Notes under the pieces: generated by a model
Told to the model about the DNA's origin: nothing
The model's input: only the letters and a program-made list of their open reading frames with translations
The model's database searches: none
Assembly (NCBI GenBank): GCA_042263625.1
Contig: JBHKFL010000006.1
Location: 3,766 to 67,765 of the forward strand
Length of the DNA stretch: 64,000 nucleotides
DNA from: Candidatus Malihini olakiniferum
GTDB lineage: Bacteria > Pseudomonadota > Gammaproteobacteria > Enterobacterales > Enterobacteriaceae
Direction of reading: 5' to 3'
Shown here: piece by piece, positions 1 through 10,780 of the stretch
How positions within the stretch are numbered: position 1 is the stretch's first letter
Layout of the letters: each line of letters starts with the position of its first letter
Translations under genes and position numbers: made by a program

Positions 1-127
1 AAGCGCAGGGGCACATTACGTACTCCTAGGACTGATAAATAGCTAGCTAGCTATGAGGCGAAGCGCACAATGGAGCCGTATTGGCCCAATCCTAGTTATT
101 GGCAATGAGCGTTTTAATATCTTTTAT
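1..127 (-). pseudogene. can: carbonic anhydrase, 5' remnant (runs off window)
   Basis: Minus strand reads IKDIKTLIANN*DWAN, matching the Can N-terminus (MKEIxxLIANN). ATG is now ATA, there is an in-frame TAG at 94-92, and it is divergent from yadG as in enterics. Confidence 0.7.
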
Positions 128-241
128 GAAAGTAAATGGCGTGTGATAAAAATGGGGAAGTGAAAGCTAATATACGGCAAGCATGAATGTTTTAAATTTG
201 AAACTGAGTTACTCATTGATAATAGGGCAAGTTAATTTGTT

Positions 242-1195
242 ATGAAATATGCACTTGAACTGGAGAAACTGACCAAAACGTACCCTGGGGCCGTCAAGGC
301 AGTGCGCGGTATCGATCTGCGCGTGAAAGCTGGGGATTTTTATGCGCTATTGGGGCCGAACGGTGCAGGAAAATCGACCACGATTGGTATCATCAGCTCA
401 CTGGTAAATAAATCTTCTGGTAAGGTGCGCGTTTTTGGCTACGATTTGGAGCGCGATATCGTTAACGCCAAACGTCAACTCGGACTGGTGCCTCAAGAGT
501 TTAACTTCAACCTATTTGAGACAGTACTGCAAATCGTCACTCACCAGGCAGGCTTTTATGGTGTTTCACATCAAGATGCACTGCAACGAGCGGAAAAATA
601 CCTCAAACAGCTCGACTTATGGGAAAAACGGCAGGAAAAAGCGCGTATGCTTTCCGGCGGGATGAAACGCCGGTTAATGATTGGGCGTGCCTTGATGCAC
701 GAGCCGAAGTTACTGATCCTCGATGAACCTACTGCTGGGGTGGATATCGAACTGCGTCGTTCCATGTGGAGGTTCTTCAAGGCGTTGAATGCACAGGGTA
801 CTACTATCATTTTAACCACGCATTACCTGGAAGAGGCAGAGATGCTGTGCCGCAATATCGGTATTATTCAAGATGGCGAGCTAGTGGAGAACTCTTCCAT
901 TAAGGCGTTGCTGGCCAAAGTGAAATCGGAAACCTTCATTCTTGATTTAGCTCCAAAAAGTCCACTTCCTAAGCTGGAAGGCTATGTCTACCGACTGATG
1001 GATACGGCAACGCTTGAAGTCGACGTGATGCGGGAGCAGGGGCTGAATGGGGTTTTCAGCCAATTAACCGCCCAGCGGATTCAAATATTGAGTATGCGTA
1101 ACAAGGCGAACCGTCTGGAAGAGCTGTTTCTTTCCATGATAAACGGTGAAAAAATGAAGAGCGAAAATACGAACGGTGAGGCGAAAACAGTATGA
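242..1195 (+). CDS. yadG: ABC transporter ATP-binding protein
   Basis: 317 aa with Walker A GPNGAGKST, signature LSGGMKRR and Walker B LLILDEPT. Confidence 0.93.
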   Translation: MKYALELEKLTKTYPGAVKAVRGIDLRVKAGDFYALLGPNGAGKSTTIGIISSLVNKSSGKVRVFGYDLERDIVNAKRQLGLVPQEFNFNLFETVLQIVTHQAGFYGVSHQDALQRAEKYLKQLDLWEKRQEKARMLSGGMKRRLMIGRALMHEPKLLILDEPTAGVDIELRRSMWRFFKALNAQGTTIILTTHYLEEAEMLCRNIGIIQDGELVENSSIKALLAKVKSETFILDLAPKSPLPKLEGYVYRLMDTATLEVDVMREQGLNGVFSQLTAQRIQILSMRNKANRLEELFLSMINGEKMKSENTNGEAKTV

Positions 1196-1962
1196 TGAAA
1201 TTATATTGGATCGCCCTGAAGAGTATCTGGACTAAAGAGATCAACCGCTTTAGTCGTATCTGGATACAAACGCTAGTGCCGCCAGTGATCACAATGACGC
1301 TCTATTTCATTATCTTTGGTAGTCTGATTGGTTCTCATATCGGTGAAATGCATGGTTTCGATTATATGCAGTTTATTGTTCCTGGTCTTATAATGATGGC
1401 TGTGATCACCAACGCCTATGCTAACGTCGCTGCTTCTTTCTTCAGCGCCAAATTTCAGCGCAATATCGAAGAACTGCTAGTGGCTCCTGTCCCGACACAT
1501 ATAGTGATTGCTGGTTACGTGGGGGGCGGTGTAGCCCGCGGCGTATGCGTTGGCGTGCTGGTCACTGCAGTTTCTCTGTTTTTTGTTCCGCTACATGTGC
1601 ATGCCTGGTGGGTGGTGGTAGTCACGCTACTGCTGACCTCGGTCCTGTTCTCCCTAGCGGGGTTACTGAATGCAGTATTCGCAAAAACCTTTGATTACAT
1701 CAGCCTAATCCCTACTTTTGTGCTGACACCCTTAACCTATCTTGGCGGCGTATTTTACTCGTTAACGCTGTTGCCGTCATTCTGGCAAGTGGTGTCCAAG
1801 CTTAACCCGGTAGTGTATATGATAAGTGGTTTCCGCTTTGGTTTTCTCGGCATTCAAGACGTACCACTGGCCTTAACCATGACGGTATTACTAGCGTTTA
1901 TTCTAGTTTTTTACGTATTGGCGTGGTGGTTAATTGAACGTGGGAGCGGTCTACGTAGTTGA
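1192..1962 (+). CDS. yadH: ABC-2 type permease
   Basis: 256 aa, hydrophobic, begins MMKLYWIALKSIW; 4-bp overlap with yadG. Confidence 0.93.
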   Translation: MMKLYWIALKSIWTKEINRFSRIWIQTLVPPVITMTLYFIIFGSLIGSHIGEMHGFDYMQFIVPGLIMMAVITNAYANVAASFFSAKFQRNIEELLVAPVPTHIVIAGYVGGGVARGVCVGVLVTAVSLFFVPLHVHAWWVVVVTLLLTSVLFSLAGLLNAVFAKTFDYISLIPTFVLTPLTYLGGVFYSLTLLPSFWQVVSKLNPVVYMISGFRFGFLGIQDVPLALTMTVLLAFILVFYVLAWWLIERGSGLRS

Positions 1963-2020
1963 GATAGAAACGGGGAGTCCATTACAGCCTTGTTTTCTTA
2001 GGAGACTCCAACCGAAATGG

Positions 2021-2052
2021 CATCCGCCTGAAGGGACATCTTCAGGCGGATG
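2021..2052. repeat. perfect inverted repeat, 13-bp arms, 6-nt loop
   Basis: CATCCGCCTGAAG-ggacat-CTTCAGGCGGATG, overlapping the panD remnant. Confidence 0.95.
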
Positions 2053-2350
2053 ATGCAGGCGTGCTTCTTCATCTTCATCTAATCAATTTATCGCCAACGC
2101 AGGCATAGCGTGCTACTGCATTGTTAACAAAAATAATGCGTGACTCTCTTTCTACTATACTGCAATAGCATAAATAGAGAAACGCTCTACCTTCTATCTT
2201 CTGGCTATCAAGAACTTCATCTTCCAGAATGCCAGTAGCATCCATAAATTTTTAATCAGTAGCACAAGAACCTTCATAGATCTAGATCTGCCTAAATTAC
2301 TTTTACCCCCCCGAGGCACCTTACTTTGCAGCATAGTGTGCGTACATCAC
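2040..2350 (-). pseudogene. panD: aspartate 1-decarboxylase remnant
   Basis: Fragments MLQSK, YEGSCATD*KFMDATGIL, ERFSIYAIA, RIIFVNNAVARYACVGDKLI and DEEARLHHP, with stops and frameshifts. Confidence 0.85.
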
Positions 2351-2384
2351 TGTCTATTACCTAGATTAATGTCTATCCTGCCTG

Positions 2385-2660
2385 TCAGTCGAAGACCAGC
2401 TCAACATCGATCTACTGGTTATCAATCAAAAGGTTTTTCCTAGACCTGGCAAAGCCGCCATCAATGTCGAGAATATAGAGCTCATCTGGCGTAAACACAG
2501 TTTCACTTAATGACTCTGCGGCGCTAGTTAGTGTTTCTTCCGACTAGTCGCCATTGCTCAGCTTCTTTACTGCTTGATCCATGATGCGTTTAAGCGCTGT
2601 GGCTAAATGAGCCTCTTAGGGCTAAGATAACTGACGAATTAGCGCTAACTGTTGTTAATC
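2385..2660 (-). pseudogene. panC: pantothenate synthetase, C-terminal remnant
   Basis: KRIMDQAVKKLSNGD*...FTPDELYI...LIDNQ* matches the PanC C-terminus. Confidence 0.8.
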
Positions 2661-2769
2661 CTGTTTACCAAAACAGGCTATGTTAGGTTGTACTATGTTG
2701 AACAGCTTGCTGACACCGGACGAGACTTGTGCCTTCTAACATGGAAGAGAGCCCAGAAAATTCGACAAA

Positions 2770-2990
2770 CGATTATTGAAACAGTCGATTAAGATCGACG
2801 ACTTCTAGAAACAGAAGGTCGGAAATCAGTAGGTTTAATCGCTCTGCGCGCTGTATGCAGCGTGCTTGATGCGATTTTACTTTCAGTGACCGTAAGCGAG
2901 GAATCATATCCAGAGAGTCACCAAACATCATAACGCGAATACCATTTTGTAGGTGGAATAGAAGGAGGTAAGGCATAGCGATAAATTCAC
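2770..2990 (-). pseudogene. panB: ketopantoate hydroxymethyltransferase, N-terminal remnant
   Basis: NGIRVMMFGDSLDM resembles QGIKVLLVGDSLGM, followed by LLISDLLF; syntenic position. Confidence 0.75.
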
Positions 2991-3022
2991 AGTTGAAGGG
3001 TCAAACTGTGACTGATGTGGTC

Positions 3023-3514
3023 TCAGTCCTGCTCATTCCACAGAGTCATGCCGTTACGCGGTACAGAATCCAGGCGAGACATCAACGCTTCACTATCGGG
3101 AAAGTGTAGATCCGGGGCGATATCAGCTAACGGATATAACATGAATTCTCTGTTTTTCATATCATAGTGGGGAACTATTAAACGCGCGGTGTTAAGGGTT
3201 TCGTTACCATACAGTAAAATATCCAGATCTAAGGTACGTGGCCCCCAGCGATGCACTTTATGCTCACGGCCGTGCTGCTGTTCAATCGCCTGGGTGTGAT
3301 CCAGTAAGGCTTCTGGTACGAGTACCGTTTCCAGAGCGACTACAGCATTGAGATAATCAGGCTGATCCTGCAGCCCTAGTGGGCGGCTACGATAAAACGG
3401 AGAGCAGCACAGTACACGCGTGAGTGGCAAGGTATCCAGTACGGACAGCGCAGAGTTGACTTGTTGTAACGGATGCTCCAAGTTGCTACCCAGCGCAAGA
3501 TAAACACGCGTCAC
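3023..3514 (-). CDS. folK: 2-amino-4-hydroxy-6-hydroxymethyldihydropteridine diphosphokinase
   Basis: VYLALGSNL and [15 protein letters not shown] motifs; GTG start overlaps the pcnB stop (GTGA). Confidence 0.95.
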   Translation of the reverse strand: MTRVYLALGSNLEHPLQQVNSALSVLDTLPLTRVLCCSPFYRSRPLGLQDQPDYLNAVVALETVLVPEALLDHTQAIEQQHGREHKVHRWGPRTLDLDILLYGNETLNTARLIVPHYDMKNREFMLYPLADIAPDLHFPDSEALMSRLDSVPRNGMTLWNEQD

Positions 3515-4914
3515 GAGATTCTTTCTCGGCATGGCGCAGTCTGCTTGCGCGGACAATAACGTCGACGTAGCGGACGAACGTCATCCAGCGTGCTCAGCAT
3601 TGTTTTCTGATGCGGCGTTGCAGCTACCTGAAACTCTTCCCACCATTGTGTTAGACGTTGCAGCTCTGGCTGACGCTCTATCTCAACACGCAAGCTTAAC
3701 AGATTATAAGCGGCACGGAATTTTGGATGTTCCATCAACTGGTAGGCGCGTTTGCCTTGGCGTCGTGAAAAGCACAGTTGCAACTGCCAGATATCACGCA
3801 CTAGCGAAGTGATGTGTTTAGGAATGGCTAGAGAGCGGCATTGTTCGGACAGAATGTCGTTAGTGGCGAGGACGAAGGAATCGAAATAGGTTAAACCACT
3901 CTTCTGTGCGAGCTTCTTGGCATGTTCAATTAACGGATACCACAGCATGGCGGAAAACAGGAACGCTGGATTAACGCGCATCTTGTTTTGCAACCGCTGG
4001 TCTGTATTTTTCAACACTAGCGCCACCATCTCTTCCAAATGGCTATCTCTATTAGATGTAAAATAACGGCTGATCAGAGGGAAAAGCGGTTGAAAAAGTT
4101 GATATTTGCACAGCAAGCGGTAGGTCTGGCAGCCGTGGCCTGCCTGCAACAGTTTCAATGACTCTTCGAATAAACGTGCTGCTGGGATATCGTGTAGCAG
4201 TGCTGCCAGACGCGGAATAGGCTCGACAGTTTCCGGACTGATCGCCATATTCAGTTTGGCAGCAAATCGTATGGCGCGCAGCATCCGCACCGGATCCTCT
4301 CGGTAACGGGTTTCTGGATCGCCAATTAACCGAATGACACCTTGAAGCAGATCGTTTAATCCGCCAGTATAATCGCGTACGCTAAAGTCAGCGACACTGT
4401 AATAGAGGCTGTTAATGGTGAAATCGCGGCGTTGTGCATCTTCTTCAATACTGCCAAAAATATTATCGCGCAGCAGCATACCGTTTTGCCCCTGCCGAGA
4501 GGTGGTTGTTAGCTGTTGTTCCTGATGTTGCTCGTGATGACCGCGAGAGGTCGCAACTTCGATCACTTCAGGGCCAAACATCACGTGAGCGAGCCGAAAA
4601 CGACGCCCCACTAAACGACAGTTACGGAATAGCTTTCGTACCTGTTCTGGGGTGGCATTCGTGGTGATATCGAAATCTTTTGGTTTTTTCCTTAGCAGGA
4701 GATCTCTAACGCCGCCGCCAACTAGATAGGCTTCATAACCAGCCTTGTTCAGACGATAAAGCACCTTCAGCGCATTTTCACTAATTTCGCTGCGCGAAAT
4801 GATATGCTGGTCTCGCGGAATCACGGTCATGCACTGAGGTGCGTGCTCCGCTCTAGCCACAGTATTGTCTCGGTTGAGTGCCTTGCAACAGAAATTAGCG
4901 ACTCGGGTAAAGAT
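3511..4914 (-). CDS. pcnB: poly(A) polymerase I, probable ATC start
   Basis: [10 protein letters not shown]-terminus, [15 protein letters not shown] and RRDFTIN motifs; GAGGT SD 5 nt before ATC at 4914. Confidence 0.93.
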   Translation of the reverse strand: MFTRVANFCCKALNRDNTVARAEHAPQCMTVIPRDQHIISRSEISENALKVLYRLNKAGYEAYLVGGGVRDLLLRKKPKDFDITTNATPEQVRKLFRNCRLVGRRFRLAHVMFGPEVIEVATSRGHHEQHQEQQLTTTSRQGQNGMLLRDNIFGSIEEDAQRRDFTINSLYYSVADFSVRDYTGGLNDLLQGVIRLIGDPETRYREDPVRMLRAIRFAAKLNMAISPETVEPIPRLAALLHDIPAARLFEESLKLLQAGHGCQTYRLLCKYQLFQPLFPLISRYFTSNRDSHLEEMVALVLKNTDQRLQNKMRVNPAFLFSAMLWYPLIEHAKKLAQKSGLTYFDSFVLATNDILSEQCRSLAIPKHITSLVRDIWQLQLCFSRRQGKRAYQLMEHPKFRAAYNLLSLRVEIERQPELQRLTQWWEEFQVAATPHQKTMLSTLDDVRPLRRRYCPRKQTAPCRERIS

Positions 4915-4994
4915 GGCACACCTCGATAATAATGAAAAATAATGGTACAACAAAAAACATCGGATAATCATAGTTCACAGGGCCATCATTGAGA

Positions 4995-5559
4995 ATGGCG
5001 ATGTTGACTTGCTCACATCGTGTTTCCCCCTATTGACAGAACAGATGCACGAGACCCATGGCTAACGACTCACTGTGGGCTTAACAGAAAGACCTCAGAT
5101 CTCCATCTGGTAGGGCGGGTTGAGGAGCAGCGAAAAGTGGTGGAATATATGATGGCATCCAGATCGGATCCTTCAACTACTAGCGCTGGTTCTGCATATA
5201 ATTCTTCACGGAGCCCATCGCTAAAATGATGGATAGGCTGACGCGTGCAATTGCACTAGTAGCATAGATGGCATACTTTCAACGCAACCAGGATTTCTTG
5301 ATAATGTGCAGGCCGTTGAGACTGATAAAGCAAAGGAAAATCCACTACAAACCAATAGTGTTGGTCTAACTTGACAAGAATGCGAATTGTTGCACAGGCG
5401 ACTTCGCAAGAAGGATCGATGTGTCTGCAAAATGCGCACTAGCCAACGAACACGATTGGAATGCGTCTATAAATAGAGACTATAGCTGCCTAATGCGGCG
5501 ATCAGGGAACCAAATGCAGATCACCGAAGTGATAGGGCAAGGCATCCGGTATTAGGCAT
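4995..5559 (-). pseudogene. gluQ: glutamyl-Q tRNA(Asp) synthetase remnant
   Basis: After ATG 5559 the sequence gives GDLH-GSLIAALGSY with frameshifts; lies between dksA and pcnB. Confidence 0.8.
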
Positions 5560-5663
5560 GCGGGTGAACGTGCTGCCGGGCCAGTCCTACGGCAACTAAT
5601 GCAGGAGTGCCCCCCGGCGGCAAAAACGTAAATAAGAACAGCTTTTCCTCTCTACAGAGCGGA

Positions 5664-6119
5664 CTATCCCGCCATCTGTTTCTCTCGGATTTCCGCCAAC
5701 GTTTTGCAATCAATGCATAAATCGGCGGTGGGTCGTGCTTCCAAGCGACGGATACCAATTTTAACACCACAGGATTCACAGTAGCCGAAGTCCTTGTCTT
5801 CGATTTTCTGTAGTGTCTTCGCAATTTTTTTGATCAGCTTACGTTCTCGATCACGGTTACGCAGTTCCAGACTGAACTCTTCTTCCTGTGTAGCTCGATC
5901 GATCGGATCAGGGAAATTGGCAGCTTCATCTCGCATATGGGATACGGTGCGATCTACTTCATCCCTGAGTTGATTGCGCCATGCTTCAAGAATACGCTTG
6001 AAATGACCTATTTGGGCGTCGTTCATGTACTCTTCGCCAGGCTTTTCCTGATACGGCTCCACTCCGGCAAATGCTAGAATGCTCAGAGAAGATGTATTAC
6101 GATTTTGCTCTTCTTGCAT
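5664..6119 (-). CDS. dksA: RNA polymerase-binding transcription factor DksA
   Basis: 151 aa with DPIDRA tip and CESC/CIDC zinc finger. Confidence 0.97.
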   Translation of the reverse strand: MQEEQNRNTSSLSILAFAGVEPYQEKPGEEYMNDAQIGHFKRILEAWRNQLRDEVDRTVSHMRDEAANFPDPIDRATQEEEFSLELRNRDRERKLIKKIAKTLQKIEDKDFGYCESCGVKIGIRRLEARPTADLCIDCKTLAEIREKQMAG

Positions 6120-6339
6120 GTTGCTTCTCCTACATAACACGACATGCACTATCGATCCCTAATGGGGGGCGGAAACAGGCCGCTATAAATAGCAGATGGA
6201 ACTAGAGTTGGCAATAAGTAGGCCTTATACCGTCTGAGAAACCTCATCGTCACATCCGATAACAAAAAATAGGTCAATATACTTGCTGTTTTTATCTGAT
6301 TTCGGTTAACGGAAACAGCTGTGTAAACGCAATAGTGTC

Positions 6340-6545
6340 GGAATTACATGTAGTGGTATAGCAAAAAAATTCAACCCCTTTTGCTAAGCTTCGCAAAATA
6401 ATACTGTATAGTAGACAGCAATGTGATGCGCAGGCGCGACCTCAGCAGTGCCTGCGTACAGCAGAGCTTAGCTTCATGCATTATTTGATTTGCGCTTAGC
6501 GTATTGACAAAAATCCAGTGCTCTTCAACCGTATTGGCGAAGTAC
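6340..6545 (-). pseudogene. sfsA: sugar fermentation stimulation protein remnant
   Basis: Fragments IFVNTLSANQIMHEA and VAPAHHIAVYY..EA*QKG. Confidence 0.7.
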
Positions 6546-6629
6546 TGGTCCTAACAAATTGATCTTTAGGAGTTGATAACGCGCTATTACCCTGCTACAG
6601 GCAGTAGGCATCTGCCGTTACGCTATCAT

Positions 6630-6910
6630 GACGATCAGCCTCTGGTGCTTTCGGTGCGTATGCAGGGGATATTTGGCGAGCAGCAAAATCAGATGTAGGG
6701 GGGAGTGTTTCCAGAGTGTTTCCGTTGTGTTAGAACTTCGTTACCTTGCGCATCTGCCTATGCTAATTACTCGCAATCTAGCCGCGTTCTAGAAAAAAGT
6801 AGCGTATTGTGTGAGGCGCAGAAAGAGATTAAATGCCATTATCCTAAGCACGTATAGCCGGACGATCGTGCCAATACCACGCTAACGCGACGCACGAAGA
6901 AATAGCAAAT
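6630..6910 (+). pseudogene. hrpB: ATP-dependent helicase HrpB, C-terminal remnant
   Basis: VRMQGIFGEQ, VVLEL..LAAF* and EAQKEIKCHYPKHV*PDDRANTTLTRRTKK*. Confidence 0.88.
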
Positions 6911-7054
6911 GCCCTGCTACTTTTTTGCAACGTATTTCAGACGGTTCTTCTTTCCTGAAAGCTGACGGAATAACAGAGTAAGCGCAACGATAGCCAGCAC
7001 TAACCTTTAGATTGGCGCTATTGCTGTCTTTAACCTGATGGAGAAGTAACCGCA

Positions 7055-7229
7055 ATGTCAAAACAGGACGATAGTAAACCTATAGGACGAAAGGGAAAAG
7101 CGTCAGGCCGAGAACTGCCACGCCCTCAGGCGACTACTACTTCATAGTAGAAAGAATGACATTGAGGAAGAGGAAGAAAGAGGATGAGTACGACATTAGA
7201 AAAACCCAGTGTAAAAAAGATTATGGCTA
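7055..7229 (+). pseudogene. disconnected 5' part of mrcB (cytoplasmic tail of PBP1B)
   Basis: ATG 7055 gives MSKQDDSKPIGRKGK (PBP1B-alpha N-terminus) ending at TAG 7145; there is also an in-frame TAA at 7212. Confidence 0.7.
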
Positions 7230-9506
7230 GTGTTGTTTCTTAAGCTTTCGTTGGTCTTCGCCGTAGTTCTGGCACTCTATGGCGTCTATCTCGACAATCA
7301 GATTCGTAGCCGAATCGAAGGCAAAGTCTGGCAACTGCCTGCAGCGGTTTATAGCCGGATAGTGAATCTGGAGCCTGGCATTTCCTATAGCCAGAAAGAG
7401 ATGGTAAATCTGCTAGAAGGAATGCAATACCGTCAGATATCGCCTATCACTCGGTTGGGTGAATCTGGAGAATTCAGTGTGGGCGGCAATACCATTGATA
7501 TACTCCGTCGCCCATTTGACTTTCCCGATGGTAAGGAAGGGAAGATTAATGCTAGATTAATCTTTATCAAAGATCGCCTTTCTCAGATCAAGAATATTGA
7601 AAATCAACGTAATTTTGGTTTCTTCCGTCTTGATCCACGTCTGCTTACCATGATGCAATCACCCAATGGTGAACAGCGCCTGTTTGTGCAGAGATCCGGT
7701 TTCCCCGATTTACTGGTGGATACGCTGGTCGCTACGGAAGATCGCCATTTTTACCAACATGATGGTATCAGCTTCCTCGCCATTGGCCGCGCTTTCCTAG
7801 CGAATATCACAGCTGGTCGTGCTGTGCAGGGCGGGAGTACCCTGACGCAGCAGTTGGTAAAAAATCTGTTTCTTATCAACGAACGATCTCTGTGGCGTAA
7901 GGCGAATGAAGCCTATATGGCGCTGATTATGGATTACCGTTACAGTAAGGATCGGATCCTTGAGCTCTACCTGAACGAAGTGTATCTCGGCCAGAATGGC
8001 AACGATCAGATTCGGGGTTTCCCACTAGCCAGCCTTTACTACTTTGGTCGTCCGGTAAATGAGTTAAGTCTGGATCAGCAGGCGCTACTGGTAGGCATGG
8101 TAAAGGGTGCTTCGCTCTATAACCCGTGGCGTAACCCGCAACTGATGTTAGAACGACGGAATCTAGTGCTACGTTTGCTTCAAAATCAGCAAATTATTGA
8201 CGAATACCTCTACAACAGGCTCAGCGCTCGCCCGTTAGGGATACAGCCTAAAGGGGGCGTAATCTCGCCGCAACCTGCTTTTATGCAGATGGTGCGCCAA
8301 GAGTTGCAACAGCATTTGGGGGATAAGGTAAAAGATCTCTCCGGCGTGAAGATTTTCACAACGTTAGATCCAGTATCACAGGATGCGGCTGAAAAAGCGG
8401 TAGAAGAAGAAATTCCTGCGCTACGCGCGGCGCGTAACCTTAACGATCTGGAAACAGCAATGGTCGTTGTCGATCGTTTCAGCGGTGAAGTTCGCGCTAT
8501 GGTGGGCGGGGCACAAACACAATTCCCCGGCTTTAACCGTGCGATGCATGCTCGTCGCCCTATTGGATCACTAGCAAAACCAGCAACATATCTTACAGCC
8601 TTGTGTCAAGAGGATAACTTCCGTCTCAATACCTGGCTAGCGGATGAGCCGTTATCGCTTAAGCAGCCAAATGGACAAGATTGGCAACCGAATAACTACG
8701 ATCGCCAGTTCCGTGGACGTGTGATGCTGGTAGATGCATTAGCCCACTCGCTCAATGTGCCTACGGTCAATCTGGGAATGATCGTAGGGTTGGAGCAGAT
8801 CAGCAATACGCTGCAACGTCTCGGGATCTCAAAAAAAGTAATCAAAACGGTTCCCGCTATGCTGTTGGGAGCAATCAGCCTAACCCCGATAGAAGTGGCT
8901 CAGGAGTATCAAACCATCGCTAGTGGTGGAAATCGTGCCCCCTTATCCGCATTACGCTCGGTAGTTGCGGAAGACGGTAGCGTGCTGTATCAAAGCTTCC
9001 CGCAGGCTGAGCGTGCGGTTCCTGCTCAGGCGGCGTACCTGACACTGTATAGCATGCAACAGGTGGTAGAGCAGGGGACGTCGCGTTCACTGTCGGTTAA
9101 ATTTCCTAATTACCATCTGGCGGCAAAAACTGGGACCACCAATGACCTGCGCGATAGTTGGTTTGCCGGTGTTGATGGTAAAGAAGTGGCGATTACCTGG
9201 GTTGGGAGGGATAACAACGGCCCGGCAAAACTGACCGGTGCTAACGGTGCGTTAACCCTTTATCGCCGCTATCTGGAAAAACAGACGCCGATGGCGCTGA
9301 GGTTAACGCCGCCGGAAGGCATCGCTACCATGACCGTTGACGCCGGAGGCCGATTTATCTGTAATGGCAGTGCAGGCAGGGCCTTGCCAGTGTGGACGAA
9401 AAATCTGGAGTCGCTATGCCAGAGTGTGCAACAGCAACAACAAGTGCCAGCGCAGAAAAATGACAGCGGTGTTGCTGACTGGATAAAAGAGATATTTGTT
9501 CAGTAG
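7230..9506 (+). CDS. mrcB: penicillin-binding protein 1B (N-terminally truncated)
   Basis: TM helix, UB2H region, glycosyltransferase [14 protein letters not shown], transpeptidase SLAK, SLN and KTG. Confidence 0.93.
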   Translation: MLFLKLSLVFAVVLALYGVYLDNQIRSRIEGKVWQLPAAVYSRIVNLEPGISYSQKEMVNLLEGMQYRQISPITRLGESGEFSVGGNTIDILRRPFDFPDGKEGKINARLIFIKDRLSQIKNIENQRNFGFFRLDPRLLTMMQSPNGEQRLFVQRSGFPDLLVDTLVATEDRHFYQHDGISFLAIGRAFLANITAGRAVQGGSTLTQQLVKNLFLINERSLWRKANEAYMALIMDYRYSKDRILELYLNEVYLGQNGNDQIRGFPLASLYYFGRPVNELSLDQQALLVGMVKGASLYNPWRNPQLMLERRNLVLRLLQNQQIIDEYLYNRLSARPLGIQPKGGVISPQPAFMQMVRQELQQHLGDKVKDLSGVKIFTTLDPVSQDAAEKAVEEEIPALRAARNLNDLETAMVVVDRFSGEVRAMVGGAQTQFPGFNRAMHARRPIGSLAKPATYLTALCQEDNFRLNTWLADEPLSLKQPNGQDWQPNNYDRQFRGRVMLVDALAHSLNVPTVNLGMIVGLEQISNTLQRLGISKKVIKTVPAMLLGAISLTPIEVAQEYQTIASGGNRAPLSALRSVVAEDGSVLYQSFPQAERAVPAQAAYLTLYSMQQVVEQGTSRSLSVKFPNYHLAAKTGTTNDLRDSWFAGVDGKEVAITWVGRDNNGPAKLTGANGALTLYRRYLEKQTPMALRLTPPEGIATMTVDAGGRFICNGSAGRALPVWTKNLESLCQSVQQQQQVPAQKNDSGVADWIKEIFVQ

Positions 9507-9534
9507 TCGCTTATTTTCTCTAATTGATGACTTA

Positions 9535-9577
9535 CTCCCCAAGACAGCAATCCTATCTGGGGGCGTTTTGTTTTTTT
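9535..9577 (+). terminator. probable intrinsic terminator after mrcB
   Basis: Imperfect CCCCAAGA...TCTGGGGG stem followed by a T tract. Confidence 0.5.
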
Positions 9578-10182
9578 AGACGCACATTTCCTATCCTGCG
9601 CCGTAATAAAAAGCCCCTGATGATTCTAGTGCTATCCGCGCTTTTTTTGTGCTTTGTTCGTTCTAGTTGGGGTTCCATTTGAGAAAGGTGTTAAAAGGAG
9701 TATACTGCAAATACTTCTTCTGTAAACTGAAATGCATTCAGCGCTATCTACGTAGTCCTCAGCGCGCTGGGATTTTTCTTCTCTGGACTCATGACCTTAG
9801 GGAAATATTTGTGGTGCGTCGTGTTTCGCTAAAAGCAAAGACTGGTAGTTCAAGGATTGAAAGCACGTTGGCAGTCTTCTGTAGTTTAGGAACTTTTAGC
9901 CCTATATGGTGCCGAAAATAAAGGACAACTACTTAATTTTTTCAATGCTTATCACCTACCCCTTTAGAGTAACATTAATGGCCAAGTTTTTAGGCTAGTA
10001 ACCTCTTTATTCTTCGAATTAGCTCGAACAAACACTGCAACGGCAAGAAGGATGTGCTAGAAAAAAGCATAGCTAATGCAGACAAGTGCAAACCTTATTT
10101 CCTACTATTGGATAGTAAGGTACTATTAGAATAAGATAAAAAATGCCACGCCCAATAAAAGATAAGCTGGGAGTACAAAACA

Positions 10183-10530
10183 ATGAGCGATAAAGGAATG
10201 GCTGTGCCTCTGCAATTTACCGATGCAGCGGCAAAAAAGGTGAAACTCTTGATTGCTGATGAAGAGAACCAGAAGATGAAACTTCGCGTCTACATCACTG
10301 GGGGTGGGTGTAGCGGTTTCCAATATAGTTTTACGTTCGACGATAAGATTAACGACGGCGACATGACAATTGAAAAGCACGGCGTAGCTCTGGTAGTAGA
10401 CCTGATGAGTCTGCAATATCTAGTCGGTGGCTCTGTGGATTACACCGAAGGTCTAGAAGGTTCTCGCTTCGTGGTCACTAATCCTAATGCGAAAAGCACC
10501 TGTGGCTGTGGCTCTTCTTTCAGAATCTAA
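10183..10530 (+). CDS. erpA: iron-sulfur cluster insertion protein ErpA
   Basis: GGGCSGFQY and CGCGSSF motifs. Confidence 0.96.
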   Translation: MSDKGMAVPLQFTDAAAKKVKLLIADEENQKMKLRVYITGGGCSGFQYSFTFDDKINDGDMTIEKHGVALVVDLMSLQYLVGGSVDYTEGLEGSRFVVTNPNAKSTCGCGSSFRI

Positions 10531-10599
10531 TTATCCAGACAGGAAATGTCAATAAAGAATTGCACTGCTTGCTGAGAACCGAACCACGCCCTCATTTTA

Positions 10600-10780
10600 T
10601 CTCATAGAGTGGAGACCCTTAATCTCATATTGATTTACCCGTTGGTGCTCAATGCATAGTAGTAGCTAGCGTGCGTGGCCACACTGATTATTTATTCGCT
10701 GAGCGATGACATGATGGCACCCCTAACCAATAAAATGAGCAGGCATTCTATCGCCAGAAGATAGAAGAAGAGAACACGCA
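10600..10780 (-). pseudogene. possible btuF remnant
   Basis: Position directly downstream of mtnN; only weak residual similarity. Confidence 0.3.

Noticed and set aside
9428-9445. Poly-Gln run at the PBP1B C-terminus
   Set aside because: Gln-rich tails are normal in this family.
10103-10117. IscR site upstream of erpA (TACTAT-tgg-ATAGTA)
   Set aside because: Half-site spacing is 2 bp longer than the type-1 consensus; plausible but not callable.
9600-10120. fhuB/hemL remnants between mrcB and erpA
   Set aside because: Expected by synteny, but only weak hydrophobic similarity; not supportable.
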